Made by a program: the position numbers and the translations under genes. A stretch of 53,289 nt of DNA, the filler included, from Squatina squatina (lineage: Eukaryota): assembly GCA_031763465.1 (NCBI GenBank). It is 3 parts of 2 records of this genome, joined end to end, with 100 filler letters (N's around TTAATTAATTAA, not from the genome) between each part and the next. Parts side by side here need not be neighbours in the genome. Positions count along the whole stretch, not along the records: positions 1 to 20,199 come from JARFOE010000162.1; positions 20,300 to 35,660 come from JARFOE010000162.1; 1 more part is not named here. The stretch is one strand, 5' to 3'. Positions within the stretch are counted from its first letter, which is position 1, and every line of letters starts with the position of its first letter. The notes below the pieces were generated by a model. That model did not search any database and was not told where the DNA came from. It saw only the letters and a list, made by a program, of their open reading frames with translations. This document shows positions 11,901-24,027 of this stretch, piece by piece.

Positions 11901-12466
11901 AGTGAACTGTGTACAGTAATGGGGCATTATTTCTTCTGCTCCTTCTCCTCCTCTCCTAACTTCTTGGAGACCAGTAAGGTTCCAGCGCATCTGGCACCAT
12001 CCGGTACTTCACTCAAGTGGCCATTTTTTATCTCTGAGTTTAGAGACTGAGGATTGCCAAGATATTTGATCATTAGGGACAACACAGTTAATTCCTCTAG
12101 CTGGGGAAACAGTAGCTGTTTCCTTCCTTCCTCAAGCGCAGGTATGCTGAGGAAGCATTCCTACCACCATCAGATCTGGGATGCACAAACACACTACAGG
12201 TAGGGGTGGAATCTGGGACATTCCCCAATCACTATGATTCAGTGCCAAACTAGGTATTGCCTTTAACCATTGACCCATTTGCAATTATGTTTCTGTTGTT
12301 GCATTGCAGTGTTTGGCAAAAACTAAGAAAATAGTTTGCCAAACCTCCCCCCCCCCCCCCCGCCCCNNNNNNNNNNNNNNNNNNNNNNNNNNNNNNNNNN
12401 NNNNNNNNNNNNNNNNNNNNNNNNNNNNNNNNNNNNNNNNNNNNNNNNNNNNNNNNNNNNNNNNNN

Positions 12467-12527
12467 CCGGGACGTTTGCTGAAAAACCAGGACTGTCCCA
12501 GCAAAACCAGGACGTCTGATCACCCTA
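12467..12527 (-). mobile_element. hAT-Blackjack-like terminal inverted repeat
   Basis: Reverse complement TAGGGTGATCAGACGTCCTGGTTTTGCTGGGACAGTCC resembles the TAGGGTGACCA termini of Blackjack/MER81-type elements. Confidence 0.5.
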
Positions 12528-13654
12528 TCTATGAAGTCTCTTGACAGTGACGTTAAAGTTTAAAGCAATTATGATTCAATCTCACTGATGGCAGTACCTG
12601 AGCAGTATCTGTGGCAGCTCCCTCCCATGTTTCAGCTCCAGTTTCATTTCTGGCCAATTAGCACAAACTGTGGTTCAGGTTGAGTAATAATGCACTAAAC
12701 TATTTAATTGTTTCTTAACAAGCAGAAACATCATTAGCACAAGGTCAGAGTATTACTGTGCATTGCATCTTAACTGCCCACCCATCTCAAAGCACTTTTA
12801 TGGCAACATTTTTTGACTGTTGCATTCATCATCAATACTGAAAATTGCTGTACTTTAATACACGTTTAATGAGTACAACTCTTATAAAATACAGAGCAAT
12901 TTCCCCCTCCCCCACACCACCAGAGTTGGCAACAGGCAACATTTTTTGTATTGTCCGTCAGAAGTCAATCTTTTCTTGAGGATAAGGTTGCCCTTCCTGT
13001 GCTAGTCTAATCCTCATGAATAAATGTGGCCATTTCCTTGCCAGAAGCAACATCAAATTCATATTCTGTGTGCAAAAGTGTAGTCATCACCCTTTTTTAT
13101 TTCAGTGCATTGTCTGTAAGTATTGCATAAGTGAAGTGATTTTGTATGAGAACTGCTCCAGTTGCCTAATGATATTCTGGCATCTTTTCTGAGTTTTCCC
13201 CTATCACCATATGTTGGTTATTGATGTCTGGCAGATCTACAGAAATACATGACAGCATTGCCATCTTATCTAGAATACATTAAACAACAAAGTGTTGGCA
13301 AGCCTTAAAGCTGTGTTGTGATTTACCCTCTAAAATCTAAACAACAGATGCATTTTCAAAATGCCAAATATGCCACATCCTACTAGAAGTGTGAGTGTCT
13401 GCCATGCCATTCTACGCTTACGTTTCTGTTTGTGGGTTTGAGGTGCAACTTCTGTCACTTGAGAAAGCAACACAAGAGAAATGATAAGATCTCCCCAGTG
13501 TCGTTCTCGCCAAACAACCAGATTCCAGTCAATCGTTCTTCAGGAAACTTCCTGCCTTGATCAGAGTTCAGCATGTATTAATATAATGGCTAGTGCCAGG
13601 CAATCTGGCAACACAGGGGTTATGGATTGTTGGGGATTTTATTTTCTTGCACAT

Positions 13655-13945
13655 TAACTCATGTTGAACATCAATTGGAGGAAGCACTGAATGCACCAAA
13701 TGTACTTTGGGTACAGGACTTTCATGTCCACCATCGAGAATGGCTAGGCAGTACCAACCACCGACCGAGCTGCCTGAGTCCTGAAGGATTTAGCTGCCTG
13801 ACTGGGCCTGGATCAGGTAGCAAGGAATCAACATGAGGGAATAACTTACTTGATAGAATTGCTAGGAGTAGCCGCTGCAAAGTATCTGTGAAGGCAAAGT
13901 CTTGCTTTTGCATTGAGGAAATCCTTCACTGCGTCCACCACCAGC
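13655..13945 (+). mobile_element. CR1-group LINE apurinic endonuclease fragment
   Basis: HVEHQLEEAL...NVLWVQDFHVHHREWLGST is a degenerate GDFNxH endonuclease motif; frameshifted. Confidence 0.75.
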
Positions 13946-14084
13946 CTAAGTGGGAAAGANNNNNNNNNNNNNNNNNNNNNNNNNNNNNNNNNNNNNNNNN
14001 NNNNNNNNNNNNNNNNNNNNNNNNNNNNNNNNNNNNNNNNNNNNNNNNNNNNNNNNNNNCAGGTCATAAAAATTGCTATGGACC

Positions 14085-14500
14085 AGTGTTTATGCTCTAC
14101 ACAAGTCTCCTCCCACCCTATTTCATCTCACCTGATCAGCATAACCTTCTATTCCTTTCTCCCTCACTTTCTCCCTTCAATGCATCTATGAGAGTCACCT
14201 CAACCACTCCTTGTGCGAGTTCCATATTTTAACTGCTTTTTGGGTAAAGAAGTTTCTCCTGAAATCCTTATTTGATTTATCAGTGAATATCTTATAGTTA
14301 CGCTCCCTAGTTTTGGTCTCCCCCACAAGTGGAAGCATCTTCTCTACATCTTCCCTATCAAACCTCTTCATAATTTTAAAGACCTCGATCAGATCACCTC
14401 TCAGCCAACTATTGTCTGGAGAAAAGATCTCCAGCCTGTTCAATCTTTCCTGATAGGTGCAACCTCTCAGATCAGGTATCAGCTGTGTAAATCTTTTGTA
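14085..14500 (-). mobile_element. CR1 LINE ORF2 C-terminus and 3' end
   Basis: YQERLNRLEIFS..LRGDLIEVFKIMKRFDR..RRNFFTQKAVKIWNS. Confidence 0.9.
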
Positions 14501-15095
14501 AAAGCGAACTGACGTGGCTAAGAGATTTAGGAGTCCATGTACACAGATCACCAAAATGTAGTAATCAGATACAAAAAACAATCATAAAGGCCAATGGAAT
14601 ATTAGCCGCTAGTGGTTGTAGGCACATCATTATATTGATGAGCATAACTGCCTATTCTCCAAAGGTTTGAGACAGGCGAATGGGTCAATGTTTGTTAATA
14701 ATCTACTGCGACTTATATTGTGACTCACGTTGGGGATGGGGTGGGGATCAGCCTTTACCCTTTGTAAGACCCCAATTTCAAAACCTCTAAACATTTATCA
14801 TCACTGCATTGTGCCTCGATCAAGAAAGCGCTTGTGTGGAGTTGACTGTATTCACATTTGCATGCACCATTTCACTGACGTGAGTTAATTTAAAAATAAA
14901 TTTACTCAGTATCTTTTAAGATGTTTTTACTGAAACAACTACATTTTTCATGACTATAATAATCTTTTCATTAATTTAAACAGGAAGGGTCATTAGCAAG
15001 CGTCTGTTTGCTCAACATGGGCGCATAACTTGGCTGACTGAACATACATGCAAACACTGTAAACCCTCTATTCTGTCAGTGTAAAGGGGTAGTGG

Positions 15096-15109
15096 GTTGC
15101 CATGGCAAA
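15096..15109. promoter_or_regulatory. Candidate RFX X-box
   Basis: GTTGCCATGGCAAA matches 13 of 14 bases of the palindrome GTTGCCATGGCAAC. Confidence 0.4.
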
Positions 15110-18100
15110 TATGGCAGCCTATAATTTTAAATAAACAAGATTATGTGACAGATTGAAATATGTCACCATTGGCTGGTGTGGGAGTTTGGATATTACTTTG
15201 TGTAAGTGTCTGCCTAATGTGGCATAAAGATAATGGCATTTGCTGACAGAAACTGCCTCAATATTGATTGCAGGACAACATTTCTCCATATTTCAATCAT
15301 TCTGCATCATTCGGGTTGTGTAGGCGCAAGTTAATGACATTAACTTTGGAAACAGCCAGGAAAGCAATCTAATATATGTTGATACAAAATGCATTTCACA
15401 TCTAATTTTTTTGCCCTGTCCTTGGTTTTAAGTTTGATTTGAAATTGCTTAAGCCTTCCTGACAAAAACTAAATACCTGACAGGTTTACTTGTCATGCTG
15501 AAGATATAAAGAAAAGCCAAAGGAAACACAAAAGCGCTGGGAAAGCTACACAGACAGATCTGACAGACTCACAGGAAGGATTTTGCTTTTAAAATACCGG
15601 AGCTTGACAGCTTGCAATTATGTGGTGAACGACAGTCCAGACCATCAATGCAGCCAACACTCTCAGGAGCCTGCCACAATTAAACGGGTTGCCTTTCACA
15701 ACGCAAGATTTCTCTTTAACACGAATGCCGCTGGACAGCTTGAGTTAGTCCTGGGCAGTAACGCAAAACAGGTGATAGCGAATCGGCTGCCCGTTTTACA
15801 TCCCGCCCGTTCATCTTTTACATTGAGGTCAAATCTGTTTTTGTTTCAGAACAGTATTTAACATTGAGACTGCTGCTTGATTAAAGAATGAGTGATGACA
15901 GTTTGTGCTGTGGTGGTTGTCGTCTTTCTGTTAAGCTTGGGTTCTCCATGCTCTTTGAAGATAAATGATGGCTCATTATTTGCATAAAATGTACAATCAA
16001 TAGGGCACATAACAGATGATCTATCCAGCCTTCCAACCTTGTAAGGACCAACACCTCTCAGAGCTTATTTTCCTATGCTCTGCACCATGTGGTGTTCAGG
16101 TTCTGTTAAAGGGTTCCCCTGGGATGATCTACCAACTGCTAAACTTTGTCCTACTATTCAGTGCAAATTTGGCTTTTAAACAGGACCAGCATGAATTAAC
16201 AATGGGGGTTGACGTGCCACTTGCTATCATGTTCACTCGATGACTGTTTGAAGACTTTTTTTTTAAAAGCGCACTGTAAAGAATTGCACTTGTAGGTCTT
16301 TTACCTCCATATTAGGGCTCATGTGCCACCTGGCATTACATTCATTTATTTGATTGTGGGAAGATTACGCTTATTTCATTTGGCCCGGATTTTGCGATAG
16401 AAATAACAGTGAGGCTATCAGCACTCACAGGTATTAAGGATTACATCGGACAGCAACTTCTAGCATCCACGCATGCACAATTAAACGTGGAGTTCCGGGA
16501 GTCACTGTCTGATTTGCCCAGCTTCTCCACAAGCTTTGCTACACCGATACCTTGCTGAGGAATTCGGTATTGAAATACATGAAGGGCGTGAAGTTTCCAG
16601 ACAGTGTTAGGGTTGGTGCACTCAGGTGTAAGTGAAATTTTAACTGCGTCATAAGTCTTAATTACTGCCAAACAACCTCTCTGGCCCTGAAAATGACATT
16701 TTACAAGTATGGAGTCTGATTCCTTCAAAATATCATCAATGTTGAAGATTTTATTTAAATTAAAAATATTTAATTGTTTGTCTACTTTTTTTATTTAACC
16801 CATTTGATTTATCCTTTTCCTTCCTTATTATAGTTCCAGCTGTCAGCACCGGTTCTGTACTAAGGCTCGCATTTTGTTCATTGTACTTACTTCTGGACAG
16901 TAGCTTTTAATGGTCCTGTTTAATAGACATATTCATTATTCTAGCTAGTTAGGAGGGAGAGGGAGGTTAATGGCGTCGCACTACTGCACCTGTCGACTAA
17001 TTAATGACATTTTGGCAGTGAATTTTCTTTTAGATTTTAATTACATGAAATGCCACAGGACGGTTATTAGTATCAGTCGAAAACTGTAAATGGTTTCACA
17101 TAAAATTCAAATAACTACCCATTTCTACTCATTTTCTATTTTGTCATTTCTTGTAATGTGTTTAATTAAGTTCTCCTGGAATTTGAAACTTGCCATTTGT
17201 CTGCAAATTACATACCAGCCTCATTGGCATGCTATAGCAACAGGAGTGCTCTTCTGCTACAGAGGTGTAAATATAACAGTTGACTCTGAGTTTCAATGTC
17301 TTGTCAAATAGTTTACGCTTCATTGAGTGGTAGCTAGCTGCTCTAAGCTTAATGTCCTTGTATTTAGCATAGAAAACATATACCGAGTGTGAAGGTTAAC
17401 CACTTGATCATAGACATTACTTGCCAAAGGCTAGATTCATCACTTGGGTTCTCAGAGACCTATTCAGTCTTCCTGCTTAGATAGAAAGGAGCTGTGGCTA
17501 GAGTTTCACAGTTATCTTTGACACTAATCAGACAGGAAGTACTGCTTTACTTATTCTAGCATTAAGTGAGCCTCTCTAGTTCCAATCAACACAAAGAAGT
17601 CCACACCTTCAGGCTTCTATAATGCAGTGTTCGAAGTATAACTTCACCTGAAGCAATTATTAATGATTTCCTCAAGCTGCGCCTTTTTAAGTTGGGTTGT
17701 TAATATTCAAATGANNNNNNNNNNNNNNNNNNNNNNNNNNNNNNNNNNNNNNNNNNNNNNNNNNNNNNNNNNNNNNNNNNNNNNNNNNNNNNNNNNNNNN
17801 NNNNNNNNNNNNNNCCAGCGGACGAATGGGGAAACTATTCTGCTGAAAATAACAAACTTTTTTAACAAATTTTCCCAGTAGCTTTTTTTAAATATATAAA
17901 AGCACAGAGACTTAATAAGAGCTGAATTTCGGACTATCTTGCCTGGGTGACCTCAATAAGGATAACCTAAGGGGTCCTTCAGGAGCTACCTCGCTGGTAG
18001 AATGACTAACGGATGCTAGCGTAATGTCGTATGGCTTGTGGGGATGTTTGTCTTATCAAAGGGCTTGAGAGGAGTGCTGGAGCGGCTGACTGAATTCGTG

Positions 18101-18191
18101 GCACAATAACTATGAGACAACGAGCAGCCCATTGTGTTCACCAGGGTCACTGTTTGTACTTGGTGCACAAGCATGGTGTGCTCTAATACCT

Positions 18192-18218
18192 CTCGCCACC
18201 TAGTGGTAGTATTTGCAC
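18192..18218 (-). promoter_or_regulatory. Candidate CTCF site with upstream module
   Basis: Minus strand reads TGCAAATACTA-CCACTAGGTGGCG: a core motif plus a TGCA upstream element. Confidence 0.55.
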
Positions 18219-18545
18219 ATTACAATTAGTGACGTACCTGCACAAAATATATTTTCTTGCAATGTACAGTTTATTGTAAAGAAAGAGCTTGTATTTAATA
18301 TAATGCCTTTCATGGTCTATTCTGGATGTCCTATTGCTCTTGGTATGTCTGCAACAGGTAGAACTGACTGGATCCTTGTAAATTCATTGCTTGGGTTTTG
18401 TCTGATGGTACAGTTTACAGTCTATTCCTGAAAATGCAAAGTTTCTTTTGATGCCAAAATTATCCAATCAGTTTAATGAAGCAAAGTGGGAATTTAGTGC
18501 TTATTATTAGAACATTTGAATGAAGCAACTTTGAATTAAGAGTAA

Positions 18546-18983
18546 AGAAAGAGAAATAACTTGAATTTATGTAGCGCCTTTCATGACCTCGCAATGTCCA
18601 AAAGTCCAATGAAGTGCTTTTGAAGTGCAGTCACTATAGTAATATCGGACATGCTGCACCTAATTTTGTGCACAGCAAGGTCCCACAAACANNNNNNNNN
18701 NCTGTTGTAGTGATGTTGGATGAGGGATGAATATTGACCAGGACATCGGGGAGAACTGCCCTGCTCTCCAAGAATACCATGGTATCTTTTACATCCAACT
18801 GAGAGGGCAGATGGGGGCCTCGGTTTAACATCACTTCTGAAAAACGGCACCTCTGACAGTGCTGCTCTCCCTCAGTACTGCACTGGAATGTCAGCCTAGA
18901 TTGCGCTCAGATCTCTGGAGTGGCACTTGAACCCATGACATTCTGACTCAGAGACACGAGTGCTACCATTGAGCCATGGCTAA
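18546..18983 (-). mobile_element. Near full-length DeuSINE (SacSINE1-like) with L2-type tail
   Basis: A box TGGCTCAATGG, B-box-like GGTTCAAGTGCC, core GAGGTGCCGTTTTTCAGA, tail GAAAGGCGCTACATAAATTCAAGT. Confidence 0.85.
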
Positions 18984-20199
18984 CACCCATTGTTTGATTG
19001 GGCCTATTTGTATAGGCCCTTTAGTCATAGGATATCCTTTATTTTGCTTCCTTGCTTTGCTGTTTACAGTTACAATATATTAGGACCTTAAGATCAAGCC
19101 ATCGATCAGGTTTGAAACAAAGAAAATTAATTTAAGCAACTCCTAAGGCTTAAAGAAGTGGAATTAGAAACACTCATACATATTTAATTAGCCGCTTGCC
19201 CCTGCATGGGCCCAGTATTCTACTCTGAAACAAATCAGATCCGTCAGTAGCTGCAAATGTGTGACGTGGCTGCATGTGTTAAAAATAACTGCTGGGCAGC
19301 AGAACATTACAATGGTGATTAGCTGGCAAGTGACTGAAAGCTGAACTCTTCTCTTTCACGGATTTTAATTTTCTCTGCCAATTAATCTCACCAGAACATT
19401 AAAGCTTTGCGAGAATGTGCGAGTGAATTTAAACATCATAGTGAATTATTCTGTGGGAAAAAAAAATCAAACGGTTCTCTGATCAGTACAGTTTCAAATG
19501 CTTGGTTCAAACTTTTTAAATCCAATTTTTGGTCAATGTTATNNNNNNNNNNNNNNNNNNNNNNNNNNNNNNNNNNNNNNNNNNNNNNNNNNNNNNNNNN
19601 NNNNNNNNNNNNNNNNNNNNNNNNNNNNNNNNNNNNNNNNNNTTTCATTTGTCTGAAAATCAGCCGGCGTGCAGAGTGATTATCACAGGTGCTCTGAGCT
19701 CCTTGCCAGCTGTCACTCACATACAAATAACAAAAGGCTCGCTGATTTAGCATCCGTGCGGCTGCCTTGTTTAGCATACTGAGCAGGACAGTGCCCGCTC
19801 GGCACAGCGCCATTTCCCTAAAACACATTCCTGCCTTATAAAATGGAAGAAAGAGAATGTATTTCATCTGATGCTGCATTTATATTGATTTTCTGTCACA
19901 GAGTCGGTACGATCTTCATTATTGCATTAACATCCCTGCTGCATTTAGACACCACAGTGTGAATGGATCCTGTTGTATATAGTCTGCAGTAATCTAAAAT
20001 AGCGAAACAATGTTATTAATCTTTCTTGCTCATGGTTCATTGTAAAATAACTCAGTAAACTGCTGTGAAACTGAATTTTATTATTCATTTATTCATTATA
20101 ATAGCACCACTCAAATATATATAATATGATAGGCCATTTTGATTAGTTTTAATATCAATGCAAAGTGGTTTCTACTTTGCACTGGTGAAAAATGTACAC

Positions 20200-20299
20200 N
20201 NNNNNNNNNNNNNNNNNNNNNNNNNNNNNNNNNNNNNNNNNNNTTAATTAATTAANNNNNNNNNNNNNNNNNNNNNNNNNNNNNNNNNNNNNNNNNNNN
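20200..20299. other. Artificial assembly linker N44-TTAATTAATTAA-N44
   Basis: A six-frame stop 12-mer (20244-20255) centred in an exactly 100-nt gap. Confidence 0.95.
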
Positions 20300-20535
20300 C
20301 TGTTAATGGTTTGCGTATTTGTACTCCCAGATCCCCATTTAGATTCTTATTTTCCAAGTGACATGTGACCTCCCTACTTTTCTTACCAAAATGTAATACC
20401 TCACACTTATCTATGTTGAAATTCATTTGGCAGCTTATTAATGTATTCTTGTAACTTGTTGCAGTCCTCATCAGTTTGGTGTTGTCGGCAAATTTAGAAA
20501 TAGTGCTTTTGATTCCTAAGACTAAATCATTAATT
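20300..20535 (-). mobile_element. CR1 reverse transcriptase fragment
   Basis: INDLVLGIKSTISKFADNTKL..QMNFNIDKCEVLHFG..DLGV (FADD-like motif). Confidence 0.9.
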
Positions 20536-22734
20536 TTCATAGTCTTCTCCCTTCCATCACCTGTAGCGGAAATTGCACACAGCTCATGAGATTTGCATTG
20601 CACTCTATCCATATGCAACATACCTTTTCACAAAATTACTTTAACCCCAATTATGCTCAATGTGAAATTTATTCACTCATTCTTCATTACTTAACTCGAT
20701 GAAGTTAGAAATGCTTGCCTATCAAAACATGCTGAAATTTTCTAATTATTTCCTGGTTCCAGAGATGCAGAGAAAATGTTGGTTGATATCAAAGGAAAAT
20801 CTACTTACTGACCCTGAGTGGAGGAGCAAGCCTGAGGGCTCAAACTAGGCCTGAATGACCTACTCCTGTTCCGATGGCTCCTATGTTTGTATAAGAGGAA
20901 AATATATGATGCTTTTATTTAAGAGAAAAACAAACTCATCCTGTTTCTAGACGTTTTCAGAATTTTAAATCTTCTTTTTGATTTCCTCCAATACTTTCAA
21001 ACTGAAAACTCACTACAAAAGAGGCACAACGAATATGTGCTGGTATGTCCTGCAGGTTCTAGCTGTTATAAAGCAAGATTCTGGGCTATTTTAAGCTTGA
21101 AGTATCTGAGAATTATCTCTCCTGTTGATAGAATGGAAGTAAAGCTGAAAATCTTCCACAACATTTATATTCCAAAAATAATTTGAATGTTGACAAAATA
21201 TATATCATGGAAATGAATTAAAAATGGCAATCAAAAATAGGAGATTCTCTATTGTGGTTTGTGGACCAACCATGTACAAAACGATAAAACAAATTGGTAA
21301 GAGAGATCTTTTAATTGATCTGTGATTATTTGGGTTATTTATTTTTGTTTGGAATGTTATGAAGATGACTTAAAAACTGTTGGTGAGGGAGAAATTATAA
21401 TGAGTTACCCGATGGCACTGGTGGTTGGTTTGAACTTGAGATTATAACTATATTACTAGCTGTTCGGCAAACTTCAAAGCAAATAGAAAACTCTTTAATG
21501 AATGCTCTAATGAATGACATGTAATTTCAGATCTTTTTCTTCATCATAAGACCTCCCACACCATTTGTTTTCTTGCCAGGGGCTTAGTGGGGAGGAGTAA
21601 TGGAATGTGCCCAAATCAACATCACTGCTCCTCTGGTTGCTAGGAGACATGCAACAGGAGCTCCTCATCTAATTTCCCTCTTCCAGCAGAGAAATGCCTG
21701 CCCTCCATATGACTGCACTGTGCAACTCAAAGGAGGACCTGAGCAGAATGTAAGAAATTTCAGCTCAGTCCCCTTGCTCTTTGGCACTGTATATCAGTTC
21801 TCCAAAATGCCACTAAACATTGCCTCTTTCACTATTATTTTGGAAACAGTTGGAAGACTTAAGCCTTTTCTATATTAATGAGTGCCCACGCACACGGAGC
21901 CCTGACATCTGGCTTCTTACTGTTAGTCCCCTTTGAAATTATAATTCCTTGTCAGTTGTTTCCAATTTTAAGTCTTAATTTGTGACTGATTTAGCTTGAA
22001 GTTGTAATGCTCCACAAATATATTAAGCTGTTAGATTCTGATTCTCTTCCACCACTTGCGTAGTTTCAGACACCTCCTCCTTTATTAAACCTGTTTTTTG
22101 TCTTTTATTTCTCCATCCCCAAAATCAAGTGTATGCTGGGGAGAAAGCTGGAAAGCCAGATGTAGGCTCAGCAATCACCATACTATCTGATGCACACTGC
22201 AACCCATCAGACATTGTATTGTTGGCCACTTTGACAGCTAATTTACACACCATGTTATTGCTACTCTACATTATATTGCAGCAAAACTCAACAATACAAT
22301 TTAATCTCACACCAGGGCATAATCCATGTAAAAATGTCAATTTTGCACCAAAACAACGTTAGATTAAAGGACCATCATCTGTCTGATAAAATTGGCGGCA
22401 GAGCTTTGCAGCTCCACTTATGAATATTTTATCAGTGCAGTGGCATAATTTGTCATGAAAATGTCACTTGCTTTACAAAAACTTTCCAACATGCTGAAAT
22501 GCCATCACATTACTTGTGACAAACAAGTGATGAGCATGGCAACCTCTCCAGAATTCAAATTTTCATCCCCAAAACAATGGCAAATGCCTTTAAATTGGGA
22601 CTTTTTAAATACTGTGTCACTGAATGAAATCTTATGTTTCAACCATAATAAACTTGGTTGACAGCAGCAATACCTGGGGGATGCGCATATGTCTATAATT
22701 TGAAGCTAAGGCAACAGGAAGATATAAACTTTTC

Positions 22735-23005
22735 AAAGAAGCTAGGATTGTCCTCCTTAGAGCAGAGCAGGTTAAGGAGAGATTTAATAAAAATGTTCAA
22801 AATCAGGAAGGTTTTTGATAGAATAAATAAGGAGAAATCATTTTCACTGGCAGAACGGTCAGTAACCAAAGGACACAAATTTAAAATAATTGGCAATAAA
22901 ACTAGAGGTGACATGAGGAGAAATTACACAACGAGTTGTTATGATGTGGAATGCACTGCCTGAAGGAGTGGTGGAAGCAGATTCAATAATAACTTTCAAA
23001 AGATG
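22735..23005 (+). mobile_element. CR1 ORF2 C-terminal fragment
   Basis: KLGLSSLEQSRLRRDLIKMFKIRKVFDR..TKGHKFKI. Confidence 0.85.
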
Positions 23006-23877
23006 AATAATATTATAGTTACCAGATGGATTAGAGAATGAATACCATCTACTGCAGTTTCAATTTCAGTATAAAGTCCAGGCCCTTGAAATTCGAAGGC
23101 AACTATGATCATTTTTTAGATGCAAAACAGCATCCAATATTGCAGACTCATTACATGGTGGAAGTGCAGAAGGCAGAAATGAGGAGTCCAAGGCCTGTGC
23201 CTGAAACAAGTGTTAGGCACTTTGCATATGAAAATAGGGAGCCTAACCCCTGTTTAAGGCCACCTTTATAAAATTGGGAGTGTTCCTCCCAGCTCCAGAT
23301 AAAAACCACGGGCTGATGCCAGCCACCCTTCATCCTCTCCCGAGTGCTTCCCCCCCCACCTCCCCCCGCACTCCAAGACCTATCTGAAGGTCGCTGCCGG
23401 GGACACAGCAGCCCTAAATTCAAATCCCCTTTACCTGTGACCTGCCTAAGGATGCCCAGGAGACAACTGCAGCTCATCGGTCTCACTTGAGCCTTAGGCC
23501 CAATATCAGGTGAGCCCCAGGGATAATGCAGATTGTAGGGGAAGACATCCTGAGTATAAGAGTGCAACAATTTTTGTAATATCTGCAGTGAGTCCAAGAT
23601 ATGGCCTAGTTTCCTCAAGAAATCTTCATGATCAGTGGAAAGCACATACTGCTACATGAATTAGGGTATTGACTGACCACATCATTAGCATACTTAAGCA
23701 AAGCATCAAATGCTTGGACTAGTTTTGGGGGAATACTTTCAACATAATGAACATATCCTGCAAAACTGAGCCTTTTAAACATTAGCTCACCTTCTCAAGG
23801 GTGGATTTAGGCCCACTGGCGATGTTCTGTCCTTAGTCATTTGCATGCAGCTGCCACTCTGAGGATGGGTGGCTTCT

Positions 23878-24027
23878 TTCCTACATCACAACAGTGACTA
23901 CACTTCAAAAGCACTTTGGGACATCCTGTAATTGTGAAAGGCGCTTTATTAATGCAAGTCCATCCGTCTGTCCTTCCTTCATTCAATCTGTTCTTTCTTC
24001 TTTCCTTCCTTTCTTTCAGTCAGTCTT
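23878..24027 (+). mobile_element. DeuSINE/L2 3' tail with TTCC/TTCT simple-repeat extension
   Basis: ACAGTGACTACACTTCAAAAGCACTTTGGGACATCCTG..GAAAGGCGCTTT; the same tail occurs at 25018-25085 and 51064-51165. Confidence 0.75.

Noticed and set aside
18895-18983. tRNA gene-like A/B boxes (also at 3295 and 36270)
   Set aside because: These are SINE heads continuing into SINE bodies; no intact cloverleaf.
23151-23645. 164-aa minus-strand ORF
   Set aside because: No recognisable domain or splice structure; it overlaps GC-rich, probably MITE-like sequence.
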